DNA of 57,647 nucleotides, counting the filler, from Sphacelaria rigidula (lineage: Eukaryota), in NCBI GenBank assembly GCA_964200075.2. It is 8 parts of 8 records of this genome, joined end to end, with 100 filler letters (N's around TTAATTAATTAA, not from the genome) between each part and the next. Parts side by side here need not be neighbours in the genome. Positions count along the whole stretch, not along the records: positions 1 to 7,119 come from CAXNAA020016391.1; positions 7,220 to 14,338 come from CAXNAA020016392.1; 6 more parts are not named here. One strand, written 5' to 3'. The position numbers and the translations under genes were made by a program. This document shows, one piece after another, positions 1-11,329 of the stretch (the first letter of the stretch is position 1; every line of letters begins with the position of its first letter). The notes under the pieces were generated by a model. It made no database searches and was not told where the DNA came from. It saw only the letters and a program-made list of their open reading frames with translations.

Positions 1-149
1 CCCCCCTCCTGGACTTAGAACAAAGTCACAGGACTGCTCCAAGGGCTTCCTCAGCGGGCCTTGGAGACTTCAAGACAGATGCTATCCACAAACATACAGC
101 TTTCGTGATCGGAAGAAACCACGTACCTCCATGCATACATATCACGCGT

Positions 150-420
150 CAACCAGTCATGATCAGACTCCATGGCATATCCCATGACCTAATCTGATGT
201 ATCTCATATCCAAACCGCTGTATCAACAGACACGTAGCATGCACCTGCGGGTGTGCTGGATGTGAAATACTCCACACCTCTCCGAGAGTATCTCAACGCG
301 CCTTCGTCGGCATGAGACTTGGTCTTCTCCTGCCAACTGGAAATCGTTGTTGACTCGTACCGGTTGCAGTTCCCCGTTACAGCCGCTTCAGACACTCCAC
401 TGCATGTTGAACCGCACCCA
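150..420 (-). mobile_element. Possible highly degenerate Ty1/Copia reverse-transcriptase fragment
   Basis: Minus-strand translation TTISSWQEKTKSHADEG...RRGVEYFTSSTPAGAC loosely resembles the Copia RT segment (W.YK.K.D..G ... GVDYFETFAPTP). Stops and frameshifts nearby; recognised from motif memory only. Confidence 0.25.
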
Positions 421-1239
421 TACCCACGCCTCCAGCACGAGACAATCTCGCAATGCCTCCACTAGTACCATTGGCTACCACCGGGAATTCCCGTTACGTG
501 GTGGTCGTGGATCTTCAAACATACTTGACCCACATCAATCGTACCAATCAATCACTGAAGGCTACTTCGCCGTATTCGGGTTACGGCTGGTGCACTTCCT
601 CTTCCATGGCCATAGTGCATATATATTCAGAATTGGAACCACTGAATGACGCCAGCGAGTACGAGTATCCCGTCTGCTAGTGTTGTGCACACCCAGGTTA
701 CAAGCGAAATGTCGTGGTCGCCTCAACCCGCAACGAAGCGTAGCTTGGACGACAATATCAGGAACAACCTCTTGAGCTGTACATAAACGTGAAGTGAACT
801 ATTATACACGCCATCAACCACTCAGCCATAGCAGCGTGTCGTGAGATTGAGTCAGTTTTATCAGTCGCTCTGACTTGCAACTTTTTCATTTCGTGTGTGC
901 TTTTTTTTGCCTGACACACTGGCGTGTGACTACGGCTACATACCCATATTCTACCTGGGACTATCTAAGGCTTCACTGGAAAGCTACCAGAGGAAGAGTA
1001 GCGGACCTGGTATGAGGACCGGAGGGGCTGAAACTATCAAAGATATTGATTGAATGGTTCTCATTTTCTTCATCCTGTCCGCACTATCAATCTCACGAAT
1101 ACATAGTAACATGCGATAACCATCGCTTTGCACCCATGTACAAAACATGCCAAACCCGTCCATTACACAACCTCAACACAAGCAGCGTCTATTGATGCAC
1201 CAACCGTAGCAATGAAATTTGTATCCAACCATAAACATT

Positions 1240-2835
1240 CAACACCCTCGATCGACTCTTCGAAGCCTTCTCCGAGCGCTCCGAATGTCAGCTTCCACAG
1301 CAATGCGGGCCACGCCACACTCTCGATCGACTATTAAAGCAGGATTCCCAATATGTCTGATGGCAAGCCACATCATGCCCTCAAACGGCTGTTGGCATCC
1401 ACATCCGCGAGGCAGCTGCTGAGGCTGTGCGAGCACGATAAATCCTTAAGTAGCGTGTTGTACTATTTCCAAACATGAGCTCCTGCAGTGACGGACGCTA
1501 TGCAACGTCTTTGATGCGCTCGTTCACTTTTCCTCGAAAGTCAGCTGCTGCTGCAGCGACGCTGGCCACGCTAACCCTCGATGGACTGGTTGAAGCAATT
1601 TCCGATACTTAGCCTTTGGAACGACAGAGATCATACCACGCCTTTGATGGGCTTGTTGTTTTGTATCTAATCGTCAGCTGCGGCAGCCGCGCTGGTTACG
1701 CCACATCCTCAATGGGCCGGCTGAAGTAACGTCCCAACGTCAGCTGCTGCAGCGACGCGGGCCACGCCACAACCTTGACCGGCTGGTTAAACCCATCTCC
1801 GAACGTCAGCTGGTGTAGTGACGCAGGCCACGCCACACCCTCGATGGGCTGGTTAAACCTTACCCCGAACGTCAGCCGCTGCAGCGACGCCGGCCACGTC
1901 ACACCCTCTATCGACTGGGTGAAGTCAGCTCCGAACTTCAGCTGCTGCAGCGATGCAGGCCACGCCACACCCTCGATCGGCTGGTTGAACTCAGCCACGA
2001 ACGTCAACTGCTGCAAACATGGGATCTTACAAATTGGGGGTGGATCATTTTTTGGGGATGAGAAACCCGAAGGATAAAAATCTTCGTATCCGCACCAAAT
2101 ATTCGATATATGGTTCCATTTCTTCACCTACTGATCGCTATTTGAAACTGCTACACGCCATAGACTTGGATTTCGATCACCGAAATGTTGGGGTCCTAGG
2201 TGAAAAACAGTTTCGTGGAATTCCGGTTGTCCGAGTGGACGCCAAAAGGGTTCCGAAATTGGTTTTTTCATCTAGGACCCCAACATTTCGGTGATCGAAA
2301 TCCAACTTTTCTTGGCGTGTCGCAGTTGTCAATAGCTATCGGTGGGTGAAGAAATGAAATCATATTTTGAATATGTGGTGCGGATACGAAGATTTTAATC
2401 CTCCAGGTTTCTCATCCCCAATAAATGATCCATCCCCAATTTGTAAGATCCCGTGTTTGCAGCGGCGAAGGCCACGCCACACCCCCGAGAGGCTGGTGGA
2501 ACCTTGTTCCGAACGTCAGCTGCTGCAGCAACGGAAGCCACGCCATATCATTGAGAGGCTGGTTGAAGCAAATTCCGTACGTCAACTGCTGCAGAGACGC
2601 AGGCCACGCCTCGCGAGCGATCGAATGGCTGCAGTCATCTCTGTACTCCAGCTGCTGCAGCGACGCAGGCCACGCAACATACGCGATCGGCTGGTTGAAC
2701 CTCATTCCGAACGCCGGGTGCTGCAGCGACACAGGCCACGCCGCACCCTCGATCGGCTGGCTGAAGTCAGCTCCGAACTTCAGCCGCTGCAGCGACGCAG
2801 GCCACCCTGCACCCTCGATCGGCTGGTTGAAGTCT
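1240..2835 (-). pseudogene. FNIP-type (LRR-like) 22-aa repeat array, interrupted and decaying
   Basis: About 11 well-formed 66-bp units (FNQPIEGVAWPASLQQLTFG..) in ORFs 2412-2936 and 1696-2127, followed by degenerate units down to ~1240. A conserved Trp codon is TAA at 1696-1698, and an insertion at 2016-2457 splits one unit. Confidence 0.85.
2016..2457. mobile_element. Foldback/MITE-like DNA element with ~200-bp terminal inverted repeats, TGCA target duplication
   Basis: Starts AACATGGGATCTTACAAATTGGGG and ends CCCCAATTTGTAAGATCCCGTGTT; the arms pair almost to the centre. TGCA is present at 2012-2015 and 2458-2461. Removing the element plus one TGCA restores the FNIP frame (WPSPLQ|QLTF). 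Confidence 0.85.
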
Positions 2836-3433
2836 GGAATATGAACAGCCTGTGCTGTTCGAAAAACTCCTCCTTTGTGCCTGGTTCCAATTCGAATTGG
2901 GCATAAGGAGTTTTTCGAACAGCATCTGCTGTACACATCCCACCTGCCAGTGTATGGGATTTGTACAGCAGATGCTGTTCGAGTTTAATCCTCGTTCTGC
3001 TCGCCAATTTATCCTGAAACGGGGCCAAAGAAGAACTTATTTGTGAGCAGCCTCTGCTGTTCAAGTTCCACACACTGTACCGTAAGCAGCGTACGAGGTT
3101 CGATAGGCAGCAGAGATTGTTTAAAACTCATCCTCTCGACCCCAAATGCATATATCAATGGGGAAAAGAACAGCCGATCCTCAAAAATGGGGTCCAACAC
3201 TCAGATGAGGTTCAACTCACCTTCGAAGAATCGGGGAAATATGCCAAACAGTATCGCCACGGAAAACCATTTTCGTAACCCGAGTTTTTGTTGCGGTTAC
3301 ACCGGTGTGGTTAGGTGCACCAAATGAATGCATATACCGCATATTCGAGAGTCCGTCGGAAAATGATTTTGGACATGTAGTAGGCCTCAACATAAACAAC
3401 TTGAGTGTAATAGGGAGGGGAGGGGGAGGGGGG

Positions 3434-3976
3434 GTGTACTCATGATCATGCATGCCATAGTCATCAGACCATTGACCNNNNNCGGAGCACGCCGGGTTTT
3501 CGCCGGACCAGGCTCGAACGCGATCACCAAGCGCGAAGGGTCGTGGTGTGTTCGGCGAGTCGCATGAAGGGTGAGCTGCATCCTGCTAGGACTGTTCGGC
3601 CCGAGGCGTACTAATAATTATGTTGCATTTGGATGACAGCCTACAATGAGTTGCATCATCATCTGGTATCGCCACTTTCAGAGACAACCACGGCTTATAC
3701 ACTGCCTCATGGGTGCTTCACCATGTAAAGACCACGTCGTACGATCATCCCCGTTGTGCGGGGTTGAGGTTTCTCCCACGCTGCACAACATCTAGCTCGA
3801 CTATCATCATGGTTACCGCAAAAACTTGCGCAAAGCAATCGGTCACCTGGTTGCTGCCTAGCTTACGCAGCGAGTGGCGTGTTTTATTGCGCCATCGCCA
3901 ACCGACGCCAACCCCATCGGGCGTCCGCCCCTACAAAGCCGGGACGGAGCACGGCGGGTTCTCGCCGGACCAGGCT
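3434..3976 (-). mobile_element. 5'-truncated non-LTR retrotransposon 3' end, family 2 (ends ...ATGATCATGAGTACA-CCCC)
   Basis: Homologous to 28714-28775 and 52809-53080. Abuts a G-rich tract on the + strand. Degenerate flanking duplication GAGTGTA(A)T(A)GGGAGGGG at ~3403 and ~3978. Confidence 0.6.
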
Positions 3977-5718
3977 AGAGTGTATGAGGGGGGGTGGGGA
4001 GAAACCCAGCTTGCTGTCCCCTTGTTTATAGCCGAGGCGTTGACGGATGCGGTCAGCTGCCGTGTACAGATATCGTTGGCGTGGAGACCGGTTAGATGGC
4101 GGACACGCCCCCCCCCCAAGCTCATCACTTACCATGATTACATTTATGGGATCATGTTCCGTTTCGTGTGCCTCGAGTACCTACTAGTAGCCCGGGCAGG
4201 GCTGGCGAGGCGTGAGATAATATTGCTAATTCGGCTGCAGGTTGTCCGTGCGTTCGTGTGCACACATGTGTGTGAGCGTGGCCGACATCCGAGGTTATCG
4301 CGAGACAAAGCGGGCAAGGAGCAGATGCAAAATACGAATATCGCGAAGGCCACCAGACCTTTTGGGTTTTTGTCAGGGTTTCCTGATCAATTTGTTCAAC
4401 AATATCGACAACAAAACAGCTGGAGAGTGCCTGAACTCTGGTACTGCTGCATGCCGTGTTACGATCTGCGCAGAACTGGGGTGGGATCGAAATGCTGCCA
4501 AAACAGTAAAGGTTGAAAATCGCCACCTGACCGCTGTGCAGCTGTCTGTTGCGGGTACTCTGGCACTTCAGTTGTAGTTGGGTGCTGTGATCGGGGTAGA
4601 CATTCAAGGCGGGTACGTGCAGGTTGGAGCAAACAAACTGAGCCAGCACGGAGCTGCTGTATCCTCGGTTATTGACGGTATCAGCTGTCTATCTCGCAGC
4701 GGCGCAATGTGTGGGTCAATCAAATCTACTTTTCGACTCATATTCCACTCGTTTTTCTCGACTAATTGAAGAAAGCTCACCGCATTTGGACGTATTTCAA
4801 TACTCTCATTGGTCGAAAAACATTTCCACTGAACAGGCTTACTCCTATGTGTGGGCCCAGCGCCGAACAATTGTCCTCCGGAAGGGAGTCGGGGGCGGGC
4901 TCCGTGTCCGAAACTCTTCTCCCAATAGACCCTGGGTATCTTTGATTACATATTCTATATAATCTGCAGATGTAACTCGGATCTGAACAACTGCCTTTTT
5001 CGTTCGACCTCCGGGGTAGGTAATCCGAGTCGCGCAGTAATTCCTAGATTTAAAATGATACCGTTTCAACAGACGACTTCTCCCGACTGTCGAAGGGCTC
5101 AACGCGGTGGTCATCACTCTCTGTGCAAGCTGGTCCTGACACCGATATGCCCGCGCCGAGAAGATACCCCGGAACTACCTCTGCTTAGCAACGATGCGGG
5201 AAGTTGTCTCTCTTATCTTATGCACATGCTGGATTGCTCGTCCACTGCGCGTGTGACTATTGATGGGTTTATCTGGGGTATGGGCGATCAATCGACCGTT
5301 GTCATGAATCAATCCCTCATGCACCACAGCGCTTACCGACCTAACTGATCAATGGCGCACGTGAAAACAACGTCGGATGAAACTGCCAGTTACCCCAAAA
5401 CTTGAGCGCGAAGTTGGAGGAAGTCACCTTGGATAATGTTGCAGTCGAGGGGCCCTTTATCGGGAAATCCATGCACCACCGCTATCCCCCCCTACCCGCG
5501 GTCGAGAATGAGGAAAATGCCAAATTCATTTGGAAAAAACCTTATTATTCCTATATCTCCACTAGTACACGGAACTGAACGATCATTTAGATATCTCCAG
5601 GTTCCCCTCAACGTGAGCAGCCCAAAACCGAGGAGGTTTGGTGTGTTAGTTGTTCCTGTGGCGATCGAGGAGCAATTTTGCCGACTGGAAAATTACTTTT
5701 GAGTCGCGGTGATCACTG

Positions 5719-5924
5719 TGTAATGCGTGAGAGGACCGCGTGCTTAGAGGGCCGCATCGGAAATTGAACATCCCTATGGTTAGGGTTAGGGTTAGGGTTA
5801 GGGTTAGGGTTAGGGTCAGGGGCGTGGTACCTGCANNNNNNNNNNGGGACTGACCCGATTGGTTTTGCAAAACGTCGATCCTAAGGTATTTTGAACTACG
5901 GTGCGGTCCTCTAAGCACGCGGTC
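5719..5924. mobile_element. TGT-terminated MITE containing (TTAGGG)n, copy 1 (right TIR tip deleted)
   Basis: Left TIR TGTAATGCGTGAGAGGACCGCGTGCTTAGAGG; six TTAGGG units at ~5779-5814; partial right TIR; CACTG on both flanks (5714-5718, 5925-5929). Confidence 0.75.
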
Positions 5925-6049
5925 CACTGGATAACGAATGCCGAATCCCGCTGGCTTCTGCGAGACCGGTTGTTACCGACCTGGCCCTATCGCAGTGATA
6001 CGGCCACCATGCTAAGGAGGGCGGTGTACGACGAACAGTTCTGCACTGT

Positions 6050-6640
6050 CACTGTGTTGTGTTTTGTGTATTGTCATTTCATCAATTCTGGGCGCCGGTC
6101 TACACCTTTCGGTATATTATTATGTGGGCACACCAGCCGGGGTCAAACAGGAGGAAGGTCAACACAGGAGCTTTTTCTTTTCCATTTGTTTTTAGTACCC
6201 CACCGTCCTTCTGCGGTGCATGCCTTCATTTTTTATTGCGAGAGGCGTTTAGAAAAACGTTTCCTTCGTCGACCGTCAGGTCGAATTTTGTGTACCCACG
6301 ACAAAGTCGCTCTCCATTGTTGGGCATTGTGTGAGAAACAATCCCAAATCGCTCCGAGAATTGAACCTGTAATGCGTGAGAGGACCGCGTGATTAGAGGA
6401 CCGCATCTGGATTGGAATATTCGTATGCTTGGGGTTAGGGTTAGGGATAGTGTTGGGGTTAGGGTCAGGGGCGTGGTACCAGCAGGGACTGGCCCGATTG
6501 GTGTAAAAAGATGTCGATCCTGGGGTGTTTTGGACTACGCCGCGCTCCCCTAAGCACGTGGTCCTCTCACGCATTACAGAACCCACGACCCAACTGTCAG
6601 AAGGTTTCGAGGCTACCAACTGAGCCACCGGGGTGACCGG
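6050..6640 (-). mobile_element. tRNA-derived SINE interrupted by a MITE
   Basis: Minus-strand head GGTCACCCCGGTGGCTCAGTTGG (A box) ... GGGTTCAATTC (B box, split by the 6368-6578 insertion). The 3' body matches 54470-54630 and ends in a degenerate (CA)n tail. Confidence 0.7.
6368..6578. mobile_element. TGT...ACA MITE containing telomeric repeats, copy 2 (complete, 211 bp)
   Basis: ~35-bp TIRs TGTAATGCGTGAGAGGACC...GGTCCTCTCACGCATTACA; internal GGGGTTAGGGTTAGGG...GGGGTTAGGG; 5-bp TSD GAACC (6363-6367, 6579-6583). Confidence 0.85.
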
Positions 6641-7119
6641 CTCTACTGAATGACTGAAACGTACATGCAGTAAGTTGACTGTGTGGTGTCACTAGCCGAC
6701 AAGAAAATGTTCTGATATTATAGACGTGTACAATGCGTGTGAGTTGCAGAGAATCACCGACTCTGCCCGCATTTGGGCAGACAATTGTGTTCGTACAACG
6801 AAGGCCTATATCTACATATCGCAATTCATAGTGCACTGCGACACAAGAGAGGGAGAGGTTGCGAAGGGGAATGTTATGGCCGTGGTGTTCCGAGAAAGAA
6901 TATCCAACATGGAGGTAGCGGCAATCATGGAATGTAATTAACGTGAAATAAATATATTCTGATGCCTGCAAGGGCAGATCTATGCAAACTCCTGCGTGCC
7001 GAGTGATGCTTTGATAGGGTCAGCACTTTTACGGCCTGAGAGTAGAATTGTTAGGAACTGTGACGCTAGCATGTCTGCTAGTGATGCAGCGTCTAAATGC
7101 TGTTGAGGGACTCCCCAGC

Positions 7120-7219
7120 NNNNNNNNNNNNNNNNNNNNNNNNNNNNNNNNNNNNNNNNNNNNTTAATTAATTAANNNNNNNNNNNNNNNNNNNNNNNNN
7201 NNNNNNNNNNNNNNNNNNN
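7120..7219. other. Artificial 100-bp contig spacer (N44-TTAATTAATTAA-N44); also at 14339-14438, 21558-21657, 28776-28875, 35994-36093, 43212-43311, 50430-50529
   Basis: Seven identical spacers carrying a six-frame-stop linker, separating segments of 7119 or 7118 bp. Confidence 0.97.
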
Positions 7220-7442
<223 letters not shown>

Positions 7443-7790
7443 TTATTTGTTCGAGAAAAAGTACAGGGTACGATATGTTGAGCGCATATGCGGATAAGCT
7501 GACCAAGTCTGCCAAAATGAGCACTGTTGTGTAGGAGCAGTAGAAACAGACCCAACCCAGCACGTCACGTTTCTCGCGTGATCGGTCGTGATTGGACACT
7601 TGTTGACATGAACTTTACGGGCAACAGTGTGTGCATAGTGCATAGAGGCAGCAGGACTGAGTCACCGTCGTATTATTCTCACAACGCGATGTTTTGAGCG
7701 AAACTGCTTGCTGTAAAAGGGTTGGCCTGACCCCGACGCCACTCATGAGGCCATGATCACTCTGCTAGATGTCGTGCACGAGTACGATCA

Positions 7791-7940
7791 ATATGTACAA
7801 AACAGTCGGATACTTCATGAAGACTGTCCAACACGCAAATCTTTGATTCGCGGGAACCAAGACTGATATGTACAAAACAGTCGGATACTTCATGTAGACT
7901 GTCCAACACGCGAATCTTCGGTTCGCGGGAACCAATACTG
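7791..7940. repeat. 75-bp tandem duplication inside HSP70 intron 1
   Basis: ATATGTACAAAACAGTCGGATACTTCATG...GCGGGAACCAA(G/T)ACTG at 7791 and 7866. Confidence 0.9.
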
Positions 7941-8247
7941 GTACTTGGAACGGTATAATGCACTGGTCAGGTGCGATGGGAAAATAACGCAACATAGTGT
8001 CTAGACATCATGCAGCGAATGCTCACAGTGTTGCCGATTGGTCCTGTGATAAGGATGAATCATGGGATCCCCCTCAGTTTAGCCACTCGAGCGTTGAACG
8101 AGGGGATACGGGCGAGTGTAACATCCACAGCAGTATTGTACATTCTACGTAAAACACTGTACTGTACTGTTTGCACCCAACTGTCGCCTGTACTCGTGTA
8201 TACAGTCACCTACGGCACACAGCATCAACATGACCCCCCCTACATAC

Positions 8248-8670
8248 CTCCTTGCCCAAATAGGCCTCAGCGATCTCCTTCATCTTCACCAACACCATGG
8301 ACGAGATCTCTTCAGGGGCAAACCGTTTCTTCTCTCCCTTGAACATCACCTCAATCGTCGGCTTGCCCCCCGGGCCCTCCACCACGCTGAACGGCCAGTG
8401 CTTCATGTCGGCTGCCACCGCGGGGTCGCTATAACGGCGGCCGATGAGGCGCTTAGCGTCAAATACCGTGTTGTTCGCGTTCATGGCCACCTGGTTCTTG
8501 GCGGCATCGCCTATGAGACGCTCGGTCTCCGTGAAGGCAACATAGGACGGCGTGGTGCGGTTGCCCTGGTCATTGGCGATGATCTCGACGCGGTCGTTTT
8601 GCCACACGCCCACGCAGGAGTAGGTCGTGCCTAGGTCGATCCCGACGCTCTCTCCCTCTACCGATGCCAT
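8248..8670 (-). CDS. HSP70: Cytosolic HSP70, exon 1 (141 codons)
   Basis: [47 protein letters not shown]...[10 protein letters not shown] followed by donor GTATGT at 8247; no targeting presequence; intron 7440-8247. Confidence 0.97.
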
Positions 8671-8835
8671 GTTGTCTCTGACTGTAGTGCTGCTAGTTGC
8701 TTGCTGATGTTATTGCTGCTGTCTTGGCCCGTGCCTGTTGCGCGTTGCTTGCTCTGATGAATGTTTTGAGTATGCTTGTCGAAAAAAGATTGTGTGATCA
8801 GGGGCGGGGGTGGTAACCGGCCGGCGAATGATGTC

Positions 8836-8913
8836 TTCTGGAAAAACAGAGCCCGAAGTCTGGAACGGTCGGATCTTGGTTTCTCGATGTCGAAACGTTT
8901 TCTGGAAAAAGTC
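8836..8913. promoter_or_regulatory. Cluster of heat-shock-element-like motifs upstream of HSP70
   Basis: TTCtgGAA at 8836-8843 and 8900-8907, GTCtgGAAcgGTC at 8858-8870, TTCtcGAT at 8881; GC box GGGGCGGGG at ~8801; 170-240 bp upstream of the ATG. Confidence 0.55.
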
Positions 8914-9890
8914 CGCGCACTATTTAGTGAAAATAAACCACAGAAATACCATGCAGAAATGATCATTAGGTGAAAAACAAAAGGAAAGTAGACACATATG
9001 AAGGGGATGGGGGTCTATCCTTACGTCACACCGCATGCAGCTGTTCGTCTGTTGTACCGCACGGTAGGGTAGACATCGAGAAGAAGAGGGTGTTAACCAC
9101 CGTATCCGTTTTCATTACCCTATCGTCATATTCTATATCTGTTCCGATTTGCGGATAATAACGGTTCATGGATCGGGATCTTCTTGACGGCGATATATCG
9201 TATGATCATACACGTGCAGTGCCCGCGAAAGCAGCAGTGTTCCCTTAAGATAGTTACTTTGGTCATGAGTGAGCCTGAGGTCACGGGGAGCGGTGAAGAG
9301 GAGGAAAGCATGGAACGAGGCGGCAACGATCCACCATCGACAAAGGTACGATAGTTTACGAGTACAATACTCTGGGCCACTGTGATAGTTCTTCGTGGAG
9401 CTGATGATGCTCGACTGCGCCAAGAGCTTCCCATCGTACCGTATTCCAATGCCGTATAGATCCGAGGAGGCGGTGGGTGCAGCTTTCGGGAGGTACCCCT
9501 GCACATGCATGGTACCGGAAATTTACTGCATTGTAGCACCCAATGCTTTCCGTGTGTTTTATGGCGCCCATCCGTCCTGAGTTCATCCAAACAGAAAATA
9601 AATACCGAGAGAGACATCGGCGGGTTCAATGGCGATGAACCGTCTCGTCGTTCATGTGTATGTACCTTCTCCTAACTAAGAAGGACAGCTCGCTCGGTGC
9701 AGCGAACCAATCCTACAGTTCAAAATACGAGTATTACAGTACTATAAGTGGTCATGCTACCGCTGTCTGTAGTGTAAAGTGCTGTTGCAATGCTCCATGA
9801 CGGCGCATGTGCTACAGTGCGACGGAAGTATCGCTGCAGTGCAGCAAACAACAGTAGTAGTAGTATCTTTCATCACAGACAGCAGCACCA

Positions 9891-9919
9891 GCTGCTGCTG
9901 CTGCTGCTGCTGCTGCTGC
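9891..9919. repeat. (CTG)n microsatellite
   Basis: Direct reading. Confidence 0.95.
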
Positions 9920-11329
9920 AACAGTAACACAATATATAGCCTTCCCCTTGTCCAACAAAAAGACAAATCAGAACCCAAACATTTCACTCCAATAAGCATT
10001 CTCATTCCATCCTCGAACAAACATTAATTAATTGTAAATTGTCGTCCGCTCGTCCTGGAAAATCTGTTTTTCAATTCAATTGGTGTTCAAATATCATACA
10101 GGCGTTTTTCTCAGACGTGCGTCAAAACGTCGCCCACTCTCAGCGACGGCATACCTCGTACCATGCACCTTCAAAGGTCACAGACCTATAGTGCACTGAT
10201 CCCTCCAAGGTAGGGCTCAAAGGTAGTAAGGTAGAAATTATGAGCACATACCGTACCGCCTTCCTAGCTTCTCGCCCGCTGTTCCCTACCGCGATCTCTC
10301 CTTGCCAACGCCAATTCATCCTCACCTCACGCATGCGATACTGCTAGGTCGTCCTTCCCACGCCCAGTTGCAATGACTCGTCGATGCTACAGGCTCTGTA
10401 CAACGAGACGTAGTACCTACCCATTAAATCCCGATAAATCCCCAGCAATCACACGTCAACGCTTCCACGACCACGATAATGTTGGAAGTTGAGAAATAAC
10501 AGTTCCGAATATACATACTCGAGATTAGCGGGGAAACCAGTAACGGTTCATCGTTAGAATAAAGATCGTCGGAATAACCGAAGTAGTGCAGTGTGTGAGA
10601 TATTCATCATAGAATAATGAATAGCTCATGTACTGTATAGCTCGTATTTTGAAGGGTTGAGTACCAAGAGTCTAAGGTATGGACAATTCGGATGGACAGT
10701 TTTTTAGTGTCCAAGAGTTTTATTGACAGAGTGAAATAGCCCCACCCAATTTACTCTCGAAAGCGATCCACCTCAAGCAAGCCTATCAGCTTGTTATTGG
10801 TTTCTGCGTTAATGAGGAACCAAGTGTTTTATGTGTTTAATTTGACTAATGCCCAGATGAAGCGGCAAGTTTAACCATCCTCTCTCTCGCACAAACAAGT
10901 GTTCAACCAACACTGTGCAGCCTCTGCGAGCTCTCTTGTTAGAGCTGGGTTCACAAGTTGAACCGATTGTTCCTGTCTACTGACAGTTGAACACTGTGTA
11001 CTGTATTTTATACACAAGCCACGATAGCCAATTATATTTCAACAGGTCATTCGCCTCGTTTACAGGTACTGTAACAGGTTGATCAGCCTCGCGTAACAGA
11101 TAAAACTTGCCGTGTTCCGATTGAATTTTTCGGAGAAATGTTGTATCATGTTTCCTTTTTTCCAAAGAATAATATTCCAATCTCAAACCAACAACCCAAC
11201 CTTCTCCCGAACAACAATCGATCGAATATTTGCGACCTTCGTTTGTACCCTCTCCCCCTCAAGCTGGTGACATCGCTGGCCGTGTCCACCGAGAACATGC
11301 CGAACACATTCATCATGGTCAGCGGCGTT

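Noticed and set aside
1240..2835. 66-bp periodic repeats as a CRISPR array
   Set aside because: Units are contiguous in-frame protein repeats without unique spacers, and no cas genes are present.
3713..4516. 267-aa ORF (also 46011-46763, 18490-19113, 54429-54998)
   Set aside because: These run through repeats or antisense TE fragments, with no recognisable domain or splice structure.
5779..5820. (TTAGGG)6 as a true telomere or chromosome fusion site
   Set aside because: It lies inside a TIR-bounded element with a TSD and recurs in other copies.
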